Positions 15,501-25,770 of a stretch of DNA of 64,000 nt are shown here, in pieces. Under the pieces are notes generated by a model, which worked only from the letters and a program-made list of their open reading frames with translations, did no database searches and was not told the DNA's origin. The stretch spans positions 32,864 to 96,863 of the forward strand of contig CAVAQB010000092.1 in assembly GCA_963590725.1 (NCBI GenBank). The letters run 5' to 3'. Both the position numbers and the translations under genes were made by a program. Position 1 is the stretch's first letter. The number at the start of each line of letters is the position of its first letter. The DNA comes from Anaeroplasmataceae bacterium (GTDB taxonomy: Bacteria; Bacillota_I; Bacilli_A; Acholeplasmatales; Anaeroplasmataceae).

Positions 15501-16830
15501 ACAAACCTTAGCATTAGCCCATGAAGCTTGTAAAACAATAAGCTCTAAATATCGCACAATTGATAAATTAGCTGGAAATTATGAAGAAGGAAAATATGAC
15601 GGATATGCTAACAGATTGAAAGTAAAAAACTCACAAGATTTACAATATCTGTTTAAAGGACTTGGTAATTTTTATTCTGATTATATAAGACGTGCTTGGA
15701 TGATTGATAATGGTATTACTTTGGATATTCCTGAAGGAACAAAAATATTAGTTAATGGTAATTTGAAAGATTCAGAAACTATATTACAATTAGGAACCAG
15801 AGACGGTGATGCTTCATTTAAATATTTAATGGATTCTGTAATAATTCCTACTATTAAATAGGGTAAATTATCAGCATCTCCTAATATTCATACATTACAA
15901 TCATTATTAAAAAATAAATTTATATAGAATTTAACAACGAGTTTAATTACTAATACTCCTACTAAAAACCCTATAGTTCTTTATACTTTACCTATAAACA
16001 TGATGCCATCTTCTGATGAAGAGTATCAAGTATTTAATACTTATAAATCAGAATTTAATAAAATTCGAGATTATAAGTGGACTTTTAATAATGGAGTTCA
16101 AATACCATTAGTAGATTTATTCTATTATTACGGATTAATTGCACATTATGGTAAACAAGGCCCTCAATCTTTAATGCCTATTTTTGAAAATTTACATAGT
16201 TTTAAAAACTATAAAATTAATGATTTTCATAAATATGAAGCGGCTTTTAATGAAGATTTAAGTAATATTGGAGAAGAATCTTTATTACCATATATATTAC
16301 CTGTTAAAAGTTTATATGATATTACTACTAAAAAAGGATATGCTAAAGATCCAGATAATATGTTGACTGTGTTGTGGGTAAAACAAAGTAAAACATCTGA
16401 AGACTATGGTGATTATGATGAAGATTTAGATGATGAATATACAAGTAAAAGAAAAAAAGTAATTAATGGATATGTTAAACAAGTCAACCCGTTATTAAAT
16501 TCTGATTATGTTAATTCTTATTCCACCATTGCTAATATATCATCTAATTTGATAGATGGTCCTAAAATCTTTACATACACTAATAAAGAAAATGGAATTA
16601 CATATAATGTAAAAATAACAGAATTTAAATTTGGAGAAAAAGAAGTTTCTGTAGAAGGATTAGATGAATCTACTATTGAATTTTTGAAAAAACATCCAGA
16701 ATTGAATAAAGCTGAAGTAACTAAAAAAGTATCTAGTGTTACAGGTCGTAATGTAACTATTAGCGAAGAATATTATAATGCCGCTATAGAACAAGCTTTA
16801 GCAGAAGAAACAAATAATTGTCCTAAATAA
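6544..16830 (+). CDS. Giant RNA polymerase-like protein (crAss-like phage virion RNAP type), 3,428 codons with about 27 in-frame TAG
   Basis: ATG 6544 to TAA 16828-16830. Fourteen ORF-track pieces (6544..7416 through 16000..16830) share one frame and are separated only by TAG. SRTPSQS followed about 35 residues later by GSDYDVDAVS (DxDxD at 13375-13389) resembles the metal-binding loop of two-barrel RNAPs. Confidence 0.7.
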
Positions 16831-16832
16831 TT

Positions 16833-17891
16833 ATGCCGTTTTGTATAAATGTTAATTCGTCAGAATATCAGATTTTAAAAAAGAAATCTGGTATTTCTGA
16901 TGAATTTAAATTAAAAACATATTGTAGACTTTTTCTAAATAAATATGGAAGGTTTCCTTATGTGGATGAAATTGTAGGTTCTAATTCAGAGCCTGCTTTA
17001 AGAGAGAAATTAGATATGTCAGAAAATGGTACAAGCGTAGATAATTTATTACAAGCTACAGGTGCTCAATCAGTACAAGAAGCTAATATAAAATTAAATG
17101 ATGAATATAGAGATTTAGAGATAGAAGTTACTCCGATTCAAGATGAAGCTTATATTGAAATAACTCATAGACCAACTATAAATAATTTTGAAGAAGAAGT
17201 TGTTGAATATGATGACACTACTAATAGTCAAGCTTTACTTACAGAAGTTATTGATAAATTAAGTAGATTATATGGAATTAATATTATTGCAACTACAACT
17301 GATGAATTAATGAGTGATGAATGGGTAGATTTAGTAAGAGATGCTAAAAATACAAGTGCATTTATATACAATGGAAATATTTATATTAATACTGATGTAG
17401 CAGATATAGACGCACCATTACATGAAATGATGCATTTATTTTTTGGATCTATTCGTTTTACAAATCCTGAATTATATACTCAATTATTATAGATTCCTCA
17501 AAATTTTGCAGACTATAATTTAATGATAAGAACTTTTAAAGATAGAACTCAAAATGACATTAATGAAGAAATATTAGTTAATGAATTTGCAAAATATTTA
17601 GTAGGAAAAGAATCCCAACTGAATGGAATTGATCTTACCACTCAACATGAAATATTTTATAATATGAATAGAGTACTAGATTCGGTTTTAATGGGACAAG
17701 ACAGTGTTAATGTTATAGATATATCAGAAATTGGAGATATGTCATTAAGAGATTTAGCTAAAAAAGTACGTTCATCTGTTTTAAATAATTCTTTTAAAGG
17801 GACTTTAGATGATAATAGTATACATCGTATAGCTATGAATACTAAATCAGATTTATTAAGAGAAGGTAAATTACAAGAATATTGCTCATGA
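16833..17891 (+). CDS. HExxH (zincin-like) metallopeptidase-motif protein, 352 codons with one in-frame TAG (17490-17492)
   Basis: ATG starts 2 nt after the upstream TAA. HEMMH lies at 17421-17435. ORF pieces 16833..17492 and 17523..17891 share a frame. TGA 17889-17891 overlaps the next ATG (ATGA). Confidence 0.65.
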
Positions 17892-20800
17892 GTTGTGTAT
17901 ATTTATTAGACGGACATCAATTTAATTCTGAACTAGAATTAGATGATTTTTTAATATCGAAAAATAGGTTTAGAAAAAGACTTGGAGACATAGTTTTTCA
18001 AGAAAATAGAAAAGTTGCATAGTTAGATACTGTAAATAAACTTGAGGAAATATTAGAAGAGACACAAAAACTAAAAGAGAAAAAAACTAAATATAATAAA
18101 AAACTTTTAAGAGAAAAATCTCTTACTGAACTTTATTTAGATACAGGACACGCTGTAATTAGTGAAGAAAGAGAATCTGTAAATTTAAAGGCACCTTATG
18201 TAGGAGTAAACGCTTTTTTAAATGGATATATTAACGAGGAAGGCAAGTTATTGTTTCCTGAATTTATTCCAGATAATTATTGGGCAGAACAATATAAAAT
18301 GTGGGGTGATGGAAATACAGATGAAGAAACTCAAGAATTTTTAAAATCTTATGGCTTATTTACTAGTACAGATCCTCATTTTAAAAATAAGGATTAGCAA
18401 GAACAAGAAAAATGGAAAAATGCTATAGAAGATAAATGGAAACATCAATCTATAATAGGTGATGTAATGCATACTGTTTTACAAATGTATTTCAAAAAAA
18501 TAAACTCAACTAAGAAAGATGGTAGTCCTAAATATTTTAAAGATTGGATAGCAGAAAATCCAGAAAAAGCATTAGCTGCTTTTAAAGAACAATTATATAA
18601 TAAAGATTTACTTCAAACTGACGGTTCAAAAATAAAAGTAAAAAATTATATTAATGATGAACAATTATAGTCAGCTCTTGAAGTTTGTAAAAAAATAGAA
18701 GAAGAACTAAATATAAAATATCCTGATGCATTATATTATCCAGAATACGAAATAACAGGAAAAACTGCAAAACCTGCGTCTAATGGAGTTGACACAATAT
18801 TAGGTTCTATTGACTTACTGGTAGTAGATGCGAACGGAGTACCTCATATTATAGATTATAAAACATCTATACATCCTTATGAAAAATTTGACGATAGTAA
18901 AAAATTAGCATATACTTATCAGTTACTTACTTATGGACGTTTAATAGGTAAATCTGGATTAAACATACATGATTCAGAATATAACGTTATTCCTATTCAA
19001 ATATCTAATTTTCAATATATATAGAATAATAAAGGTAATGGAGAATTTTCATATTCGGGATTTCATTTAAAACAAGGCGAAAATATTTTTGTAGATTTGC
19101 GTGCAGAATATGCTAATACTCGAATTAATAAAAATCTTGATGAAATTATTGATTTTCCATATACCGTAAATGTTACAGCTGATGAAATGCTTACAAATGT
19201 TAGTAAATTTCAATAGAGTTTCTGGAAAAAATATACAACATTTAAGCAATATACTATTGAAGAAGCTCAAAAAATAGCAGAAGTTAATAACGCTTTAACT
19301 CCTAATGAAAATGGAGTATTAGAATTTAAGCCGAAATATATGAAAAAAACTGAAACCATTAAAGTTGATCCAAGAATAGAAAAAAATCCTAAAACTGTAA
19401 TGGTTAAAAAAGTTCAAGAATATCTTAACAATAAACGATATAATTAGAGAGATCGTTTAGTTACTAGTACTAAAAAAGCTTTAATAGAAGCAATTAATAA
19501 GAAAAATATTAACAGTGTTACATTTACTGGGGATATTGGTGAAGATTGGTTTTCTAAAATGATGAGTCGTTATTGTAGTGGTAATTGGGAAGTTTGTGAT
19601 GGAGAATCTTTTAAACCATTAGAAGCTTTAGGTATAATTACTTTATGGAATGCTAATAATAGACAATACAATTTTGTAAAAATTTCATTACAAAATATAC
19701 AAGGTCGTTTCCGTTTTGGTTCTAGTTCTAAAACAACTTTAGGTGGAGGATTTAAAAGTGATGTTTATTTTAAATCAAATCCTGATTCTATGATGATGGA
19801 CGCTACTTACGGCAATATAGAATTAATGGAAACAATGTACGCTTTAAACAAATTATCTGATATGTTTAAGGGAGATAATGCTTGTGTAGGTGATATATTA
19901 GTTGCAGATCCTTAGTTTGGTATAGGTGTTTCAGCAGCATCCAATTATGAATTATTAAAATGCTTTAATGAATTAGTAGAATTAAATCCTGAAGCATTAG
20001 GAACTAACAATTTCAAAAATGGTACAATTCCTATGGCATCTAAAGTACAACTCGCTCGTACAATGCTTACAGATGTTAAAATTAAAGAATCTGTTAATCC
20101 TTTTGCTTTCGGATAGAAAAATGAATCCACACTGGAAACAGCTCAAAGTAGTTTGGATAAAGCGTTACTTACTCCTGAGAATGTAAACGAACAAATAGAT
20201 GCATTGCAAAAAGTAATTAATTCATTAGAAAGTACTGATAAAAACAGAGAATTAGTTAATTATACAACTAACTCTTCTATTCTTGCTAAAGAACACGTAG
20301 CTTTATATAATCAATGTATTCTTGCAATAGCTGAATTAAAAGGAATACATTTTAGACAGCAAATTCGAGACCATGCACAATTAGTTGAATCACTAAATAT
20401 ATTACGTGATGGAGTTCAAGGTACTCAAATTGACAACCCTGGCAACTTGAAATCTGAAACTCTTAACTTAATTACTAAATTAGTAACGGAAGCATATCAA
20501 AATGTTAGACAAGATATATAGAAACCCGCAAGTGAAATATTACAATATGTAGAAAATTTGAAGAAAGAAAAAAACTTCGGGTGGTTTACAGAAAATACAA
20601 CAGGAAATCAAGCAAGTTTATATACACATATGTATGAATGGAGAGATGACGATGTTTATTTTAAAAATCCTTGGGATAATAATAATGATTTACTTGCAAA
20701 CGAGAGAGAATTTCTTAAATATGCAATACCTATAATTAATAAAAATCGGTTTGGTAAAAAAGCAGATCAAATGAGATTTGATAATCCTGACAGATATTAT

Positions 20801-22783
20801 AGAATACCTATTTGTGAAGGAGATACTTCTGTTAAAGCCGCAAAAGACGGATTACTTGAAGCTTTTAAAGATAGACTTAAAGGATGGATGCCTAAACGAG
20901 CATTAGAGAATGCAAGAGCTAAAGCTGGTCAATTTTTCGATAAGGATATTGAAATTGAATATACAAAAAGTTAGAAGAATGCAGAAGATTTATTTAAAAT
21001 GACCAACATGTTTGATTGGGGCGAAGGTTCAAACCGAGCTAAATTAATAAAAAGAGGTAAATATGAATTAAATTTGGAAACTCTATTATTAAAACATTAG
21101 TTTGCTTACATTATGAAAAATAGAGTAGATGCTGTATTTCCATTAATTAAAGCTTCTATGATTCATTTAACAACTCAAGCTTTTATGAATAGAAATGCTT
21201 CAGGTTCAACATTTAAAAATGATTTAAAATACGCTGAAGATTATATTAAAAATAAAATTCGTAATGAATCTATTATTGATGAAAAATTTAGAGAAGGAGC
21301 TGTAATGATTAATAAATTTAAAACATTGGCTTCTACTTTAGTATTAGGATTCTCTCCAGTTCAATTTTTATATCAAAGTATTCAAGGTATTTGGAATGAT
21401 ATTTCTCTAATTATTCGTAAGCCTGATGGCACAGATGCATTTACTTTAAGTAATATGTTACACGCTGCAAAAATTGTTTATTCAGATTTAGCTCATATAG
21501 GAGATAAGCCTAGTATAGTTGAACTATTTAATAGATTATACGGCGTTAATGATATGGATATGAATAGTTATATTGAGCATATTAAATCTGACCAAAATGG
21601 TATTTTTAATTTTAAAAATATGGTTTGGAAATTTGCATCTAGACCAGACTATTATAATAGAATGACAATTTTCGTAGCTAAAATGATAAACGAAGGTTCC
21701 TTTGATGCACACAGTATTGATGAAAATGGTAATTTAGTTTATGATTCTTCTAAGGATGCTAGATATAGAACATATCTTATGAATGATAGATCTAATATGG
21801 ATGAATATAATAAAGCGAAAGCTTATTATATAGCAGCAGCTAAACAATTTGAAAAAGAAGGAGTACTTAATCCTGATGGAACTCCATTTAAGTTTGATGC
21901 TTCTAAACGTCAAAACTTACCTAGAGCTTATACCAATTTGGAAGCAGAATCTATGAAATCTTTAGGAGATACAATTTATGGTTACTATTCTCATGAAAAG
22001 AAATCTATGATGCAAGCAACTTTATGGGGTGCTTTATTCATGCAATTCAAAACATATTGGTCAGGTAAAAAGAATCAGTATTTAGCATCGGGTGGAATTA
22101 GACTTGAAGGTAATTGGAAACCATATACTGAAAAAGATGAACTTGGAAATGATATATATTACTATTATTAGAAAGATGAAAAAGGTAACATTCTTTATAA
22201 TGAACCTCCTGTTAAAGCAGGAGACCCAAATGCTTCTGATGCTGTAGTAATACGATGGGAAGGTAATTGGAAAGAAGGTATTGTTGCCACTATGTATCAA
22301 CTTACTAATAATATGTATCATCAAGGAATTGCTAATGGTTGGGATAGTATGTGGAATAATGAGGATTTAAACTTACGTAATACTTATCGTTCTAATATTA
22401 AACAACTTGCTTATGATACTATAATGTTCTTAATAGTTGGTAATTTATTAGGAGCTGCTTTAGGTATGGGATATGAAAAAATGAAAAAAGATGCAGATCC
22501 AACAAATTTAGGAGATGCTTTATTATTATCAGCTGTAAACATAGGTATCAAATCTATACGAAATTCTTTCTTAGATTTCAATTATATAGCATCAATTGGA
22601 GACCCTGCTGTAAGTTGGACTCCATTCTCATTTGAATATTTAGGAAATCAAGTTTCTAATGTTTGGGATGTAATAATGGGAGAATAGAATTTCTGGTTAG
22701 GATTAAGTAAGACCACTTCATTATTTAATCAATTTAAACCTGTATTCTCTACTCTTAAAGAAATCACTAAAGAAAACGGATAA
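17888..22783 (+). CDS. Large late protein (1,631 codons, about 13 in-frame TAG) with RecB/Cas4-like PD-(D/E)XK nuclease motifs near the N-terminus
   Basis: ATG 17888 to TAA 22781-22783. ORF pieces 18467.., 19559.., 20153.., 20558.., 21113.. and 22292.. share a frame. Motifs in order: GDVMHTVLQ, GSIDLLVVD...IIDYKTS (18803-18868), YTYQLLTY. A hydrophobic segment IMFLIVGNLLGAALGMGY lies near the C-terminus. Confidence 0.7.
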
Positions 22784-22792
22784 GAAAAAAAT

Positions 22793-22830
22793 AAGGGCAC
22801 CTCAGGAAAATTAATTCCCAAGGTGCCCTT
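22793..22830. terminator. Bidirectional intrinsic terminator at the convergence of the two modules
   Basis: Perfect 10-bp stem aagggcacct (22793-22802) / aggtgccctt (22821-22830), with an A-run upstream and T-rich sequence downstream. It sits between the TAA at 22783 (+) and the stop at 22835 (-). Confidence 0.8.
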
Positions 22831-22834
22831 AATA

Positions 22835-23254
22835 TTATTTTATAAGTTGTGATATTTTATCATTAATATACCAGATTGCTTTCTTTAAATCTTCTACTGT
22901 TTTATCGTTATCAGTATAACCCTCTTCAGATTTATGACCGCTGCGTAAGATGTATTTAATAGCATTACCAAGGTCAAAGTCCATGTGTCTAGTAATATCA
23001 ATTACTTCAATTCCACACTTATCTTTCAACCAAGTATAATGAGAAGGATGATTTACTTTATCATTTTTATTTAAAGCATTTTCTTCATATATACAACTAG
23101 CAAGAACTGCTGTTATTGCTTCTGGGTCATCAGATATTGATTTATCTTTATCTCTATTATGTAGAGTATGTCCTATAAGTTCAAGTCTATCACCTTTTTC
23201 TGCAAATAAACCGTAATAAATATACGGGTCTTCTCTGTTATAAATGTACATCAT
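22835..23254 (-). CDS. DUF3310-like phage protein
   Basis: The NHPSHY...IEVIDI...GNAIKYILR pattern is typical of the DUF3310 family. It is the last gene of the minus-strand array. Confidence 0.55.
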   Translation of the reverse strand: MMYIYNREDPYIYYGLFAEKGDRLELIGHTLHNRDKDKSISDDPEAITAVLASCIYEENALNKNDKVNHPSHYTWLKDKCGIEVIDITRHMDFDLGNAIKYILRSGHKSEEGYTDNDKTVEDLKKAIWYINDKISQLIK

Positions 23255-23408
23255 AATTTATAAAATTTTAATAAAACCAATAAAAATATCTCATATTTAC
23301 CGCCACAGTTTCGATGTGTTGGATTTTCTATACTAATCTAATTAATCTATCAGGTGAGATACAAAACGTCTCTACAAGTCTGAAAATGAGTTTATAAGGA
23401 TTTTGTAT

Positions 23409-24074
23409 TTAAAAGCCTATTTCAAGGCATAATGGTTTATAAGCTGGCTCATACAGTTCATTTATAAAACTAGTATTATATACTTTAGTTTTTCCTAAAT
23501 ATTCATATTCGTGATTACTAGAATGTAAATGTCCATGTACAGCGTAAGTAGGATCTTTCTTTAATATAGCATCTCTCAAAGCAATACTACCTAAATGTTC
23601 TCTATTCCAACCTTCAAAACATACATCACTAGTTCCATACGGAGCATCATGAGTCATAAGAATATCTATATGTTCTGGAATATCATTATAAAGTTCTTCA
23701 AGTCTTCCTTCATTTGCATTGTAAGCCCAATTGCCAAATTCTTTACAATATGGAGTTCCGAAAATTATAAGTCCTTTATAATTATAAGAACAATGGTCTA
23801 GAAAAGTTACCTTCTCATCTTTAGGGAAAACAATTTCATACCAATCTTCATGTCCTTCTATACACAAATCATGATTACCCGCAATAAATAATACTTTATC
23901 ACAAGGAAGTGCTTCTGCCCAAGGTTTGAATTTGGTTCTATACCATTTTCGCCCTTTATGAAAAGAAGATTGAACCTTTAAATCTACTATATCTCCACAA
24001 ATGAGTAGTAAATCACAAGGTTCAATTTCAGGTAAATTTCCGTGTAAATCAGACGTTACTATTACTTTCATCAC
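23409..24074 (-). CDS. Calcineurin-like metallophosphoesterase
   Basis: Motifs SDLHG, CGDIVD, AGNHD, THDAPYG, GHLH. Confidence 0.8.
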   Translation of the reverse strand: MMKVIVTSDLHGNLPEIEPCDLLLICGDIVDLKVQSSFHKGRKWYRTKFKPWAEALPCDKVLFIAGNHDLCIEGHEDWYEIVFPKDEKVTFLDHCSYNYKGLIIFGTPYCKEFGNWAYNANEGRLEELYNDIPEHIDILMTHDAPYGTSDVCFEGWNREHLGSIALRDAILKKDPTYAVHGHLHSSNHEYEYLGKTKVYNTSFINELYEPAYKPLCLEIGF

Positions 24075-24243
24075 CTTTATAATAAAGTGGTCCAGCTACT
24101 TGTAAACCCTTAATCTCTTTTACATCGTTTGCAATTAATTCTCTTGCTTCATCGAAAGATTTAGCTGCTATATAAATATATTTAGCATCTTTAATCTTGT
24201 CCATCAACACTGTTGCTACATACAAGGTTGTTTGTTTTCTCAT
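24049..24243 (-). CDS. Hypothetical small protein
   Basis: 64-aa ORF overlapping both neighbours; the true start may be internal (Met14). Confidence 0.4.
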   Translation of the reverse strand: MRKQTTLYVATVLMDKIKDAKYIYIAAKSFDEARELIANDVKEIKGLQVAGPLYYKGDESNSNV

Positions 24244-24748
24244 ACTTTTGTAATTTATAAATTAAATTTTTGTTATCTTCTCTTAATCTATTATTATCTT
24301 TCTTTAAGATATTATTATCTTTTTTTAAGTTTTTAATTCTATCATCAGCATTTGTCATTTTTTCTTTAAACATTGCTACTGATATAGTATAATTCTGAAT
24401 ATCTATAGGTGTTTTTTTATTTAATAATTGATACTTATGTATTACCTTATTTTGTTCTTTAATCTTTTTCTTAGCTTTATTTAAAGCTAATCTTGTATTC
24501 TTAGCTCCTAAACTTTCCATGTCTTCCATTTCAGCTATTTCAGATTCTAAAACACCTAATTTATATTCTATAGATTTAACATATTCTTTCATCTGAGAAT
24601 CATATTCTTTATATTTAGAAAGAACATATTTAAGATTACGAATCATTAAATCTCTTATATCAAGAAAGCTATCGCTATTTGATAATATTTTAGCTTTGTC
24701 ATTCTCTTCTACACACTGAGTACGCGTATCAATTTCAGGTCTTTTCAT
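24191..24748 (-). CDS. Hypothetical coiled-coil protein
   Basis: Lys/Glu/Asn-rich heptad-like sequence with a short KKDNN(I/R)L repeat. It abuts the polB stop. Confidence 0.55.
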   Translation of the reverse strand: MKRPEIDTRTQCVEENDKAKILSNSDSFLDIRDLMIRNLKYVLSKYKEYDSQMKEYVKSIEYKLGVLESEIAEMEDMESLGAKNTRLALNKAKKKIKEQNKVIHKYQLLNKKTPIDIQNYTISVAMFKEKMTNADDRIKNLKKDNNILKKDNNRLREDNKNLIYKLQKYEKTNNLVCSNSVDGQD

Positions 24749-25770
24749 TATTCAAATAATTCTAATTGTCTTGTAAATATAGCATCTACTAATTTTTGGG
24801 CCTCTGTTATATAAAACATATAATTTATTTTATATTCAGATATTGGCTTTTTAATGTATTTATTAAATACAGTAGCACTATATCCAATATTAACACCTAT
24901 TTGTCTACCGTCTTTAAATTCTTTATATAAAGTTCCTCCATTAGTTGAAACATAATAACGAGTTGTTCTATCAAGTTTATCTTCTACTATTTCTGAATTA
25001 CGAATTGTTCTAAACATTGCGTCAGCTGAAGAATTAACTTTTAATCTTAGACAGAAATCAAAAATATCATTATCATTCATTATTGTTTCCTTAATTGGAA
25101 TCCCATATACAAAATAATTTTTAACGGCTAAAGGAACAACTCTCATTGAAGGGTCTTTATGATATTCTTTATATACTTCATAATCACCTTTAAGTTTAAT
25201 ATGTTCATGTTCTGGTGTGTTGTCTTCATATACAGCCAAATAATTATTTACGTCCCTTACACACATCTTAGAATATATGGTTTCTTCAATTGTTAAACCA
25301 GTTTCTTCAGTAAGTTGTTCATTGACTGCTCTAATTTTATTTAGATCTTCTCTAGGAACATATAAAGTTTGTCCATCAGTGTTAGTTTGAATGAATTTTA
25401 ATCTAGGACACACTTTCACCCATCTTTCAGACCACATACATATGAATATTTGACCTGCAATAGTTGTCTTAAAAGTATATAAAGGGTCATAAAGAAAAGA
25501 TTTTTCTTCGTTAGACTTACCATAAGTACCATTAAGAATAAGCTTGTATCCTTCTATTAATACATTATCACGTTGATCTTTAGGCTTATGTTTTTCAGCT
25601 AATCTAGCATCAATAAAACCTACATATTGTTCATTAAACTCAGGACCTAAATGTTCAGGATAAAGACCTAATGATTTAGAAATACTAGGGTAGAGTGACC
25701 CAACGTCATAATCTACAATAACCCAGTCATCATTAGTATCCCAAATTTTAGGTGGAGCACAGCCGTGCGA
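24748..25770 (-). CDS. Family-B DNA polymerase, exon 2 (polymerase motifs A-C)
   Basis: Motif A DYDVGSLYPS, motif B KLILNGTYGKS, motif C IQTNTDGQ. The ORF track starts it at a TTG (25773) that lies at the predicted intron 3' end. Confidence 0.8.
   Translation of the reverse strand, partial: SHGCAPPKIWDTNDDWVIVDYDVGSLYPSISKSLGLYPEHLGPEFNEQYVGFIDARLAEKHKPKDQRDNVLIEGYKLILNGTYGKSNEEKSFLYDPLYTFKTTIAGQIFICMWSERWVKVCPRLKFIQTNTDGQTLYVPREDLNKIRAVNEQLTEETGLTIEETIYSKMCVRDVNNYLAVYEDNTPEHEHIKLKGDYEVYKEYHKDPSMRVVPLAVKNYFVYGIPIKETIMNDNDIFDFCLRLKVNSSADAMFRTIRNSEIVEDKLDRTTRYYVSTNGGTLYKEFKDGRQIGVNIGYSATVFNKYIKKPISEYKINYMFYITEAQKLVDAIFTRQLELFE

Noticed and set aside
1400-22324. Minus-strand ORFs inside the plus-strand block (1400..1603, 3005..3250, 3368..3613, 3772..3996, 5825..6064, 6669..6854, 7082..7312, 19067..19270, 19945..20130, 22082..22324)
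   Set aside because: These are short, low-complexity (Phe/Leu/Ile/Ser-rich) antisense frames of AT-rich coding sequence. They are fully embedded in the long recoded genes.
1-22783. Plus-strand block as an array of about 45 short independent ORFs or decayed pseudogenes
   Set aside because: All fragments of each gene share one frame and are separated exclusively by TAG, never by TAA or TGA. Motif sets continue across the breaks. Recoding explains this better than decay.
23255-23408. tRNA or suppressor tRNA in the intergenic regions 23255-23408, 30154-30623 and 63577-63783
   Set aside because: I looked on both strands for a T-arm (GTTCRANNC-like) and for a CUA anticodon loop with a flanking 5-bp stem. 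The CTA-containing candidates (e.g. 30468-30474, 30529-30535, 63757-63763) lack a complementary anticodon stem and acceptor pairing.
24250-24330. Short tandem DNA repeat (attattatctttcttt-like)
   Set aside because: It encodes the KKDNN(I/R)L repeat of a coiled-coil protein, so it is a compositional repeat and not a separate element.
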